Assembly: GCA_904063045.1 (NCBI GenBank)
Contig: CAJFCJ010000005.1
Location: 28,569 to 92,568, forward strand
From: Dimorphilus gyrociliatus
Lineage: Eukaryota > Animalia > Annelida
Direction: 5' to 3'
Length of the DNA stretch: 64,000 nt
This document shows, in pieces, positions 13,585 through 25,100 of the stretch (position 1 is its first letter; each line of letters starts with the position of its first letter). The translations under genes and the position numbers were made by a program. Below the pieces are notes generated by a model that worked only from the letters and a program-made list of their open reading frames with translations, was not told where the DNA came from and did not search any database.

Positions 13585-14250
13585 ATGCTTTTCCTATTGA
13601 TTTTGATATTTTGCTTAGTTGGTTTAAAAAATTACATAATTGAAAATCAATTTACAATTTTGTCGAACATATTGTTAATATGTATTTTAATGGTCCTACT
13701 CATAGAGAATGAATGGAATGCTTGGTATTCTAATAAAGATTTCATCTTCTTAGGAAATTGGATTGAATTGGGTAAATTTACAATAATATTAAATAATTTA
13801 TATTTTATCAATTATAATCTCTATATCAGTGGAAATTTGGATTTTTTATGAAATTTAGTCATCATGACAATATTTTTGTATCAGATGATAAATTTTCCAT
13901 ACTTAGCTTTATCATCTCTCTTAGTATGCATCTTGATTACAATACCATCTTTTATCTTTTTATCTCTTACTTATGGTAAAATTCCAAAGTATTATTTAAT
14001 GCATTTATATTGTTTCTTGGAATGTTCAGTAATGCACTCTTTTGCTTTAATTAAAACTCAAAGAGTATAAATTGTACTTTTATAAAAGATTTATAGAAAT
14101 TCATCCTACTATTCATAGAAATGCTACAATTGATGATTTGGCTGTTAAAGTTAATGTATAAACACTTGCATGGTCCCAAAGCAAAAGAATTTGTAAAAAG
14201 GACAAACGTTTTTATTCGTAAAATGTCATTTGTTTTTAACAGGATTTGTG
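13585..14250 (+). pseudogene. Hydrophobic multi-TM remnant, possibly a decayed 7TM receptor
   Basis: Several broken ORFs with TM-like stretches; no diagnostic motif intact. Confidence 0.2.
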
Positions 14251-15028
14251 AAAATGCTGGATATGATCTAGGTTTTCAAAAATGAATTTTTAAATCGTTT
14301 TAATAATAAAGCTGAGAAAATTTCTATGATAAATGCATAGCCACTTTGGCATTAAAGAATAAAAAAGGCGCAGTTGTTCATTCAGTGAATATATATTCTT
14401 TTATTACTGCTATATTAAAAGAGCGCCATTTTGGAATTCATTACTTAAGATTAGTCAGTCCATTTTACAATATAGGGTTTCACCTTAGGGATAGCCAAGA
14501 GACAGGGGTTAGCTTCATTTGTCGACATTTTCTATCTACAAGATTACTTATTTCTCTGAGAAGGTAACGAGAGAGAGAATAAGCAACATATCTTTAAGAT
14601 CTCAATTTGTCCTTAAATTGAAACATTAAATAAAAGTTCTAACCGTATATTTGAATCTTTACTGCAAATTGCTGACAGACTACACTAGAAATCAATGTAT
14701 CCTCATTTGTTATTAAATATTCAGCAGAAAGACAAATATTTGTTTTGTTTGTCAAAAATAGATGAACAAAAATATCTCAAAAGTCTTAATCAAATATACA
14801 AAACGACCAGATGCGGATTGAATGATAATTGATTATCAATAGTTCAGCCATCCAATTTTTTGCAGAATATAGCACTCAACTTTCATTCATAGAACTGCAA
14901 TGTTCCTATTAATCCTTCAAATTGATATTATCGTTTTAATACAAGTTTTACAAACTACTTTTTCAGGTCTGCTTTCTTATTTCTTTTCATGTTCACACCA
15001 AAAACAAAAAAAACCTTTGAAAATTTAG

Positions 15029-18000
15029 CTTGTCCATATGAATATTTCCCGGGAAAAGCGATATCTGTCTCATCAATTCCAATTGCTGAATTTAATGGCG
15101 CTCATAGTGGTATAACATCTGTTGAAAATTGTCAAAAATATTGTGACAATAATCCATTTTGCAAGTAAATTTCTTTTGTTTAAATAGAAATTCAATATTC
15201 TAAGATAAAATGTTATCTTTTAAAGGTCAATTGATTATAAAACAGGATCTAAAACTTGTTTCTTTAATAATGAATCAAAGCACACCAAACCAAATTTATT
15301 TAAAGTTGATGTCAGATATGATTATTATGGAAAAGTTACAGATTGTGGTCAGTATTTTAATTTAATGGAATAACATTTCATATTCATTTGAACAAATCAT
15401 GCTGAAAACTCTCTCATCTTCTTCAAAGTTTATCATTCTTCCCTATTCTTATTGTTTGTTTAAATATTATTAGGACATTATGGGTGTGGGAGAAAATTTG
15501 ACTGATACCTTAAACCCTAATCTAATTGTTTACATGGCTTCTACCCATACCCTGAATTCTAAGATTTTACCTCCCTGAATATTTTTTCTCAACCTCCCAC
15601 CACCCTTCCCAGGGATATTATGTTTCTAACTATTTTAATACTTGTACAAATCTGATTAAATTGTACCTACATATAGATTTTGTTAATTATTTAAGGTAAT
15701 GTGGCTCCACCTATTGAGACAAAATTCAGTGATTGTGCGAACTGCTACTAAAACATAATTGATTAATGATTATAAACATTTATTACCATGAGATTGATCA
15801 TTATGTTGTTTTTGCATATTTTCCACAGAGTGACTAATGGGTGAGAGTCATCAATTCAGAAGTCATATGAAAAAAATTTTTTATTTATCAAGTTTTATTA
15901 AATAATTAATAATAATAATCTTGCTTTTAAAAATGTGTATTGTTGGACTCAAATTAATAGTGAAATTGTTATATATAGTCTGACATATATACTACTGAAT
16001 CAGCCAGCTAACCTTGAATATTAACCTATTTCTTGATGAATTATTATTTTAAACTTGCTTGCTGAACATGTTAGTTATAAAGAAAATAAAAGCTCGAGAC
16101 AATTGCTATTGTTTAAGTGATTTAAAATTTCATGACAATTTGCGAAAGTCTGATAAAAAAAGTAAAGATATTGTTTGTTGATAAATCAATGAGAACAGCC
16201 ATGACATTTGAAATTCATAAATTTTATTAAATACTACTCATTCAATCTCTGAATAGAATTGATAATGTTCAAGGCTTACCTTCAATTTTTTAGAGCTTGT
16301 TAATATTCTTTAGATATAGATTTTAAACTTTTCTCCAAAGTGTACTCATTAATTACTTATTAGAATACTTCTTCAATTAATTTTTGATATTTACTACTTA
16401 ACTCCAATGCTATAGTTAATTAGTATAAAATTAATGATCACAACAACTAAACATTGCTCCCTTTCTGCTATTTTACTCTACAAGTTAATATTTAAACTTA
16501 TCTTTAATTGCATTTGACATGATACTCAACAATGTAGATATAAATTGTAAATATCCTATGCAAACTGTCTGATCTTGGGAAACCACATCCTTGTTCAGAA
16601 GAATGAAAGTATATTTCAAAAACTCTTAAATTCGTAACTGTTTAAACAAAAATTATTAAGGTGCAAAAAGTCTTGTCCACTTCCTGTTTTTGACAAAACT
16701 GTAGCCAATTTTGTTATTTTGTTATTACAATTATTAATTTTATTGTGATAAAATTTTTCTTTTAAATTGAGATAATTAAAAAACAATTAACTCATCAAAG
16801 ATTTGTGTGATTGAAAAATTCCTCTTTTTGGCAAGGAAAAATTGTCTGCTCTTTATCCTAAGGATGCAAATCTTCTACAATGAGCATAGCAGAAGATGAC
16901 AATGGACCAACAATTATCAGATTATAAACATGCAAGTGTACTTTAAAGTGATCTAATAGAAAGCTCAATTGATAATTCTTATGTTTAAGAAAAGGATAAA
17001 GTTGATCATGCAGTTACCCTCTTGAAAGAAAAGAATCAAAAAGATCTTCTACTCAACAGAGGATAAATTATTCTATGAAAAAACAAATGCAGTAGTGTTA
17101 GGCAAAAATTATTCTATAATTAGAATATAGCAAAGTTCAAGTATAAAAAAGGTACAAAGACTGTTGTAATAGTTTTTTAGCATGTTATTCAACAAACACG
17201 AGGATAAGGTCAAATTTTATTTATTTAACTTTTGGTATTTTTGAATATTACATAGAATATCTCAATATAAAAAATGTGTATGAAAATTCTTTTTTTTCTT
17301 TAAGAAATGGAAATTATTTGTAAGTTTATTACTTTTTCCTAATTTTTTACAGATTTATATAAATAAAGAGAATATTTTTCTACAACAATTTAAATTTGAC
17401 TTTTGAAAGATGTTTTGCAAAATTGGTGTCAAAAATATGGTTGATTTACTTTATAGTATTATGGATCTCTTGAATGTTTCATAGAGTATCACATTCCATG
17501 AAACTTTTAGTATAAAAGGTTATACGTTTATTAACGAAATATAAATTATTCATGAACAGAAAGAAGTTTGTTAATAACTCAAGATTTTTGCCAATTATAT
17601 TAAGAGACAAAATAGCCAAACAATTTAAATTGGACTCTGGAAAGATGTTTGCAAAGTTGGTGTCAAAAATATGGTTGATTTACTTTATAGAATCACTTTT
17701 AAGTAAATTATCATCAACAAGTCTGTATTATACTTATACAATTTGTTTAAAAAGTAATTTCCTGAAATCTCCTCTCTATTTATCTATCTATCATTCTCTA
17801 GCTCCTTGCAATTATATAACAACAGTTGGAAAAAGAGTGGATAGTATTCCATTGGCAACCCTTACAAATAGTAATTCGGAAACCTGTAAAAGCATTTGCG
17901 ATAAATTGACAGAATGCAGGTAAGTATTGAAATTTATGTTATAAAATTGATTTTTGGAAAACTTCCTATACTCTCTTCCTTCTCTTTATCAGGTCTATTG

Positions 18001-18680
18001 ATAGCTATTCATCAAGGTGTGAGTTCTTCAATCAAACAACACCATTGATAGATGAACTGCAAAATGATCACAATAGTAACTACGAAAAACCTAATAGTTG
18101 TGGTATGTATTATAATTATTGGAAAAATAATTTTTAAGAGAATAATGTACGTTTGTGTTTATACAGGAATATTTCCTATCAAAGGTAGGCTTCTTTGGAT
18201 GCTAGAAAAAGTGACTCAATATTTCGTATTTTTACCCCAACCTTAACCCATGATGTAATTTCACTATATTTATCCCTAATCATAAAAAAGGCAGGAGCCT
18301 AGCCCTGAGCTTCACCTTTATGAGACATTTTGTTTTACATCCGATTTCTTTATATATAGATTTGTTAGAAAAATATATATCTGTATATCTATTCAGATAC
18401 CAGAGAATTCAGAGAAGTTACCGGAAAAACTTTTTCAGGAACATTTATTGCTAAATTCCAAGATGTAACCATAAATACTTGTAAACACTTGTGTAGCAAT
18501 ATTGCTGAATGCAAGTAAGCTTTTAAATTCAGATCTTTTTTATTACATAATTGGATTTTTTTTTTCAAAGATCTTTTGTCAGAAGTCCAAATTATTGCAC
18601 TTTTTTTTCGGATACGGAAGAAGAATCTGCAAAAGAATTGGTTAATGGAACAGGCAGATCGTATTTTGAGTTAGATCCAG
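15029..18680 (+). CDS. Multi-exon protein with three PAN/Apple domains (first and last exons not located)
   Basis: Exons 15029-15164, 15226-15347, 17802-17919, 17993-18102, 18397-18514, 18571-18680 splice in frame (phase 1/2 repeating) to give CPYEYFPGK..ENCQKYCDNNPFCKSIDY..KTCFF, PCNYITTVGK..TCKSICDKLTECRSID..CEFF and FREVTGK..TCKHLCSNIAECKSFV..CTFF. Confidence 0.85.
17385..17690 (+). repeat. Two ~70-bp imperfect direct repeats about 235 bp apart, in the long PAN-gene intron
   Basis: ACAATTTAAATT.GACT.T.GAAAGATGTTT.GCAAA.TTGGTGTCAAAAATATGGTTGATTTACTTTATAG occurs at ~17385 and ~17620. Confidence 0.8.
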
Positions 18681-19130
18681 GTATTTTTAAATTTACAATG
18701 ATTATTATCATTTGTAACATCTATACATAAATCATTAACAAAAACTACACATTTTTTACATTTCAAGTAGGTCATGTATTTAAAAGTTAGGTACACTAAA
18801 ATTAGGGTAACATTGATTTTATTACAGTTATCCTATCATCTATACATTCAAGCATTTATCATTAACTTTCTTGTAAAAAGAAGAAATAGAAGTCTTCTCA
18901 AAAAATTGTTCTAAAAGAGGTCTAATACAGTGTCCATAAAATGTATTGTGCAATATTAGTGTTTAATTATGAAATATGTGGTAATTGTCAGAAAGTGAAA
19001 CATCAATTTTAATAATGTAAATTTATTATACCAAGCTTGTTTATTAAGATATAGATCAAGCTGCTATTTTGGAGTTTACCTACCTAATGACTGAAATCAC
19101 CTTGACCTTCATACCATAAATAAAGAAATA

Positions 19131-20561
19131 ATGGAGGATTATTGGCAGTTTGGAAAGTCTGAGCACGAGCCAAGAAGACATAGATTTGAAATGATTTGTG
19201 AAGCACTGAAGTTATTATGTAATACTCTAAAACAAATCAATATCACAAGGTGTCATTTAAATGATGAAAAGGCAGAACATTTAGGAGGTGCTTTGTACAA
19301 TTGTTCCACTATAGAAACTATTGACTTATCTGACACCAGAATAATAGGTAATGGATGTCAAAGTATCTTTGATGGACTACAATCATCTTGTAACACTTTA
19401 AAAGAAATCTATGTTGTTCGGTGTGATTTATATGTTGAAAGAGCAAATTCACTTGGAGAAATGCTATTACATTGTTGTTCAATAGAAACTATTGATTTAT
19501 CTTTTAATTATTATATGAAAGATGGTTTTAAAACAATTTGCCAAGGACTTCAAACTTCTGGCAAAACTTTAAGAGAAATCAATTTTGCAGGTTGTTGTTT
19601 AAACGCTCAACAGGCAGAGTATTTGGGAGAAACATTACAGTATTGCTCTTCATTAGAAAGTATTGTGTTGTTTTCCAATGGAACAATGGGAAATGGATTT
19701 GAAATAATTTGTAAAGGACTTCAATCCTCTTCTAAAACCTTAAAATGTATTAAGTTAGGCAAGTGTAATTTAAATTGTGAACAGGCACTCCATTTAGCAG
19801 AAACACTTGAGTTTTGTAATTCATTAGAAGTGATTGACTTGTCATTCAATTATAAAATGGAAAATGGTTTTAAAATGATTTGTCAAGGGCTGAAAACTTC
19901 TTGTAATACCTTGAAAAAAATCAATATTACTAGGTGCGATTTAAATGACGAACAAGCAACTTATTTGGGAGAAATGTTCCAGAATTGTTCATCATTTGAC
20001 ACTATAGATTTATTTTACAATAGATTATTAGGAAATGGATTTAAAGAAATCTTCAAAGGAATTATATCTTCTTTCAAAACTTTAAAAGGCATTTATGTTT
20101 CAGGATGTTGCTTAAATGATAAACAAGCAAAAGATTTTGGAGAAATGTTGCAACATTGTCCTTCAATAGAATGTATTGGTTTATCTTGGAATAGAGAAAT
20201 GAAAAATGGGTTCAAAACAGTTTGTGAAGGACTAAAATCCTCTGCTAAAACATTGAAACATTTTGATGCTGTAGATTGTTGTTTAGATGAAGAACAGGCA
20301 AAATGTTTAGGTGAAACATTACATCAATGTTCTTCATTGGAAAGTATTTTGTTAACTGGTAATAGCAATATGGGAAATGGTTTTAAAACAATTTGTCAAG
20401 GACTTAAATCCTCTTCTCTCACTTTAAAACAGTTGGATATGAGTAATTGCTCTCTAAATGATAAACAAGCAACATTTGTGGAAGAAATATTCAAGCACAC
20501 TTTTAGATATCTTGAAATATATAGAGACAAAACATTGCACAAAATAACTATTTCCAATTAG
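19131..20561 (+). CDS. Intronless RI-like LRR protein, 476 aa, second subfamily; 5' part apparently eroded
   Basis: Regular 56-aa double repeat (CxLNxxQAxxLGExLxxCxSLExIxLxxNxxMGNGFxxICxGLxSSxxTLK); frameshifted LRR remnant immediately upstream (~19035-19130). Confidence 0.8.
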   Translation: MEDYWQFGKSEHEPRRHRFEMICEALKLLCNTLKQINITRCHLNDEKAEHLGGALYNCSTIETIDLSDTRIIGNGCQSIFDGLQSSCNTLKEIYVVRCDLYVERANSLGEMLLHCCSIETIDLSFNYYMKDGFKTICQGLQTSGKTLREINFAGCCLNAQQAEYLGETLQYCSSLESIVLFSNGTMGNGFEIICKGLQSSSKTLKCIKLGKCNLNCEQALHLAETLEFCNSLEVIDLSFNYKMENGFKMICQGLKTSCNTLKKINITRCDLNDEQATYLGEMFQNCSSFDTIDLFYNRLLGNGFKEIFKGIISSFKTLKGIYVSGCCLNDKQAKDFGEMLQHCPSIECIGLSWNREMKNGFKTVCEGLKSSAKTLKHFDAVDCCLDEEQAKCLGETLHQCSSLESILLTGNSNMGNGFKTICQGLKSSSLTLKQLDMSNCSLNDKQATFVEEIFKHTFRYLEIYRDKTLHKITISN

Positions 20562-21105
20562 TCACATTTCTGAAATACATTATTGATCTGTTTGTGTAAA
20601 TGATTAAAGTGAAGGGTTAGGGACAATGGAATTTGTAATATTAGGAAAACAGCTAATTTATGGTCAGGGTTAGAGAATCGACAATTTTGTTGTTTCTCAA
20701 TAATTTAGAGATTATTATTAATAATAATCACTCTGACAATGTTTAAAGGGCAGGACTTTGAAAAGTTATGGTTCTTTTTATCAGGTTGAGAGAATATGTA
20801 ACTTTTATGGGGGAATTATCGATATCCCAACATTTTGTGTTAATGAAATGATGATAAAACTGATAAATGATACTTTATCAACAGGTACCTTAAGCACATC
20901 TTTACACAAAAAATACCATGCCATATGTTTAACAACAATTGCTAAGCCTTAGAGACATTGTAAATAAAATCTGATATCAATTTCTTCCCATTGGGCCTAT
21001 CAGAGGAATGCTTAACAGTAATTTCCTTCTTTTACTATCTTTTCTCAGGTTTTCTCAAAGGAATTAATGTATCTTCAGGACTTTCTTATATGACTATTCA
21101 AAATG

Positions 21106-21312
21106 GGGGTCGACAGAAAAAGTCCACAAATGAGAAATTTCAAGACAAAAATTTGGATTGAGAAATGGTTAGGCAGAAGAAGAGAGCAACTGATTTATAC
21201 TTAGGAGGGTCTCCTCTAAGGGTTAGGGGTAATACAAAAGGTTAGGTACAGCTAAGGGCTGGGTTAGAGTTAGGGTAAAAGCACTCATTTGTGGATGTTT
21301 TCTGTCGTATCC
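21106..21312. mobile_element. MULE-type MITE, 207 bp
   Basis: 9-bp TSD TTCAAAATG (21097-21105, 21313-21321); TIRs GGGGTCGACAGAAAAAGTCCACAAATGAG / CTCATTTGTGGATGTTTTCTGTCGTATCC. Confidence 0.85.
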
Positions 21313-21329
21313 TTCAAAATGGTAGGATG

Positions 21330-21680
21330 CTTTTAGAACTTTCAATTGTGTTAAAATGTTAACTTTGAAATTGTGAATTGTTAAACTCTTAGGAAAGTAT
21401 ATAAACCCTTAGAATTCAACAGTTGTTAGATTAGTTTTCTAACCGCTTGCTTCGAGATAAAAGCTCAGAATATTCAATACATATTCTATCTGGAAAATAC
21501 TGGCTTTCTGTTGAAAGTTTGATATAAAACTTTGGACAAATATCATTTATTTGATATACTTGTGGACGAACTTGAGGTTCTATTTGGACCAGTACTTTGG
21601 CGTAATATTAAATGAGCGGTAGGGACGAATACAGTTGAGACGAGAACGAAATTCCTACAATCATGATACAACAAAGTACA
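21330..21680 (+). mobile_element. 3' part of an LTR of family B
   Basis: Similar to 40480-40706 (CAATACATATTCT..TACTGGC..CTTGTGGACGAA..CCTACAAT..ACAACAAAGTACA). Left boundary approximate. Confidence 0.6.
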
Positions 21681-22151
21681 AACTTATAGGAAATATGTGG
21701 ACAAAGTAGGGAGCATAATCAGGCCTATGGAAGAGCTGACATTGTTGTTATCTTTAGGTAGTTTGAAGGGTTTTGTTGAATGTCCAATGATAACTAAAAA
21801 TGTTATTAATAATAGTGAAGTGTTTTCAAAAGCAATCAAAAGGGAAAAGATCATTTAACATAAAAACGAAGAGAAAAACGGCTACAATTTGTATAGCATA
21901 ACAAAATTAGAAAGTATTCTGCAAGTATCAACCAAAGGGAATAAATTTCACAATTGGAAAAATGAAACATAATTAATCATTCACTAATGAAAAATGCTGA
22001 AGAGCACAATATAATTAAAAAAGAGATTAATGAGAAATGTGCTGATGAAATATTTTGCCTTGGCATTCATTTCTACGCTATCAAAGAAAGAAAACTTAAA
22101 AATGGTATTTAATTGATACTAATGTATTTGAATAATTCATTGATAAGTTTT

Positions 22152-25100
22152 CTAGTATATTTTTTATGTTTCAGATTGTCAGAAACTTTTGGTGGCAACA
22201 TATCTACAAAAATGAAAAATGTAATATTAAAGGTTTATAATGAAAAGGATAATAAAAGAATTTAATTTCAAAGTTCTTACTTTGTAGTTGATCAAAGGTT
22301 AAAATATGAAAATGATGAAAGCATTGTAACAATGGTATTTTTGAATTTAGAGCTTTTCTAATTCTTTCTGATGGTACCATAGAAGGTCGCGATTCTCTGC
22401 AACGAACACATTCGATGCAAGACAGGAAATAATCATATTTCACTCCAGAAAAAGACTCTTCAATTAGTCTCTCGAATACTTCGTGAACAAAAAACAAAAT
22501 ATTATCTGGTCTTGGTCCTCTAACTTTTACAATAACTTTTGAGCTACTATTGTCATAAAGAAATCATTTACAACAATTCTTAGTAATTTTTTTTCTATAA
22601 TACAAACTCTGTTTTCTTAATAAATCCTCTATGTTCATTCTTTTGTAAGAATGATCCATCACTCCATAATTTCAATTCATCACTGTAGTAATGAAGCCTT
22701 ACTTGAGCTCTATTAAAGAGTCCCAATGGAAGATAATCAAATTCATAAACCATTTTTTTTTCTATATCTTGTTCAGTTAAGACGTCTCCTTCCCAAAAAT
22801 TCTTCGGAATAAAGATATTGATGATTATTTAAAAAAAAAGTGGACTAATTAATCTACTATTTGACCTACTTCCATTTGAAATGGTGGAAGAAGACAAGGT
22901 ATTAAGTATTCTTTTTGTGATTTTAATGAAAATAATAAATTAAATTCTTCCATTAGAGTAATAAGCCAACTATGTAATTCAATAGGATAAGTTTTGGTAG
23001 GCCATACTTTTGTTAGATCATCGTGTAATATTCTTCCATCCTTTAATACAAATGCTCAATGTAAATCAAAGAAAATCCTCCAAAATAACTTACTTTAACA
23101 GCATTATTCATGATCTTTTTTAGAAATATTTCTCACTTGACCAGTTTTTGAAGAAACAAAATGAAATCCTTTAATTTGTCCATATCTTCTTTTCAAAGAG
23201 GAGATGTTTATGTCAGCTTCCTCAACCTGAGAAATTAATGTTTAGTTTGCTCTCTCTTTCTCTAAATTACATGGAAAAACATAAATAAGGATATATACCT
23301 CATCTATATGAGAACCAACAAGTAAAATTGGAGCATTTGGAGCATGACGACCAATAGTATTTAACCAAAAATTTAAACCAGCATATTCATAACCTAAACG
23401 AACATTCCATAAAAGAATGTAAATTGCTCTATTTGATAAGAAAAATTGATGAGTATTATAATAGATGGTTTGTCCAGCAAAATCCCAAACTGAATATTCA
23501 ACTGATTGAAGAAGCCACTTTTTTATTATAATTCCATCAGTAACATTTGTATCTGTACTGCCTTCTTTAGTATCATTCATCATTCTATTGACAAGACTAG
23601 TTTTACCAGCTCCACCCAATCCTACCAATATTAATTTAGTTTTTCTGCATCTATTTGAGCCTTCAAGTAATTTTCTCATGTAACCTTGAATAAATTCAAG
23701 GCCTTTATTAACAACTTCTCTTGGTGGCGTTCTAAGTGCAGGACAACCATCTAAATTCAATGATTCAAGTGGCAAATTACAAATTTCACCACTAATTTCA
23801 ACAAGATCAATGTTATAAGATAAATCTAAAATCCTTAAATTAATAAAATTCTTAATACTTTCATCAATTACTTTGAATTTATGATAAGACAATTTTAATA
23901 TTCTTAAAACTTGGCCAATATTTGTATCTTTACACAAATCAAAATTCAAATTTGATAATCTTGGTAGTTGATTATGTATTTTATTCATAAAAATTTCAAT
24001 TTCTTTTTCTTCCCATAATCATCAAGTCTGTTTCTATCAATTTGTTTGAATATTTCTTTGAGAGTGACATTGTCAAAACCACAATTTTGAAGATGTGGCA
24101 TTTTATTCTCTATCCACTTTTTAACATTAGGACTATTCACAAATTCATTATATTGTACACCACTTAATTGTAGATTTCTGAGACTGGGAAGATGGAAGAT
24201 AACAGTTGGAAATTCCTTAAAAATACTGTTAGTTATTTCTAGATTTTGTAGATTGGTTAGTGCTGATAACTTATCAGGTAGAGAAACTATAGACAGAGAA
24301 GATAATTTCAATGTCTTTAATTTGTCAAATTGGCAAATTATCATTGGGAATTCTTTTGTTTTGCATTCTGTCAAATCTAGAATGACAAGTGTTGTTGCTA
24401 ATGAAATAAATTCTTCTGGAATGTCTTCCAAGTCTGTTCCATTTAACTCTAAATATGTTATTGAGTATTTAATGAACTCTTTTAATTCTTTCTTTGGAAA
24501 ATTAATAATATTCTTATTTAAAGAAGAATGAAAATCACAAAGTAGGAATACTCTCTTTGCCTTTCCAATTTTCTTAAATTGAGAGAAAGAAGAAAAATAG
24601 TACTCCCAGTTAAAATGATCAGTTATTTTCCAAGCTAAATATCTACTAACTGCTGTCTCTTTATGTCTTGTTGACAAATAGAATGCGTGAAATGATAACT
24701 GAGCCAGCTCACAATTTGAAGAGTGCTATATTTTGAATATAAATGAATTGATTAGACAAGAATGATGAATAAATTTTTAAAAAAATAGTTACTCTGGAAA
24801 TGAAATAAGTTCTAATCTGGTAAGCTCCCATAATTTCACTTTTTGGTCATGGCTCATTTCAAATGGACTCTTCACAACATGACTACATTCTGTCCAAGTT
24901 TCATCTTCAGTTTCCATAGAGCATAGACCATATGGTATTAAACTCTGGCTTTTTATTATATCTGAGAGAACTGGTATAGATGTAGGGCTTAGTTCCTTTC
25001 TTATCAGAAAACCAGGTAGAGCATCAGCTCTCTTATAAGATTCATAATTGGGCATTATTCCAGAGTAAAACCTAGCTGCTCGAAAAACAAAACAGATGAT

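Noticed and set aside
19055-19119. Possible hydrophobic terminal exon of the PAN gene (DQAAILEFTYLMTEITLTFIP*)
   Set aside because: The same bases are better explained as a frameshifted LRR repeat of the downstream gene; not supported as an exon.
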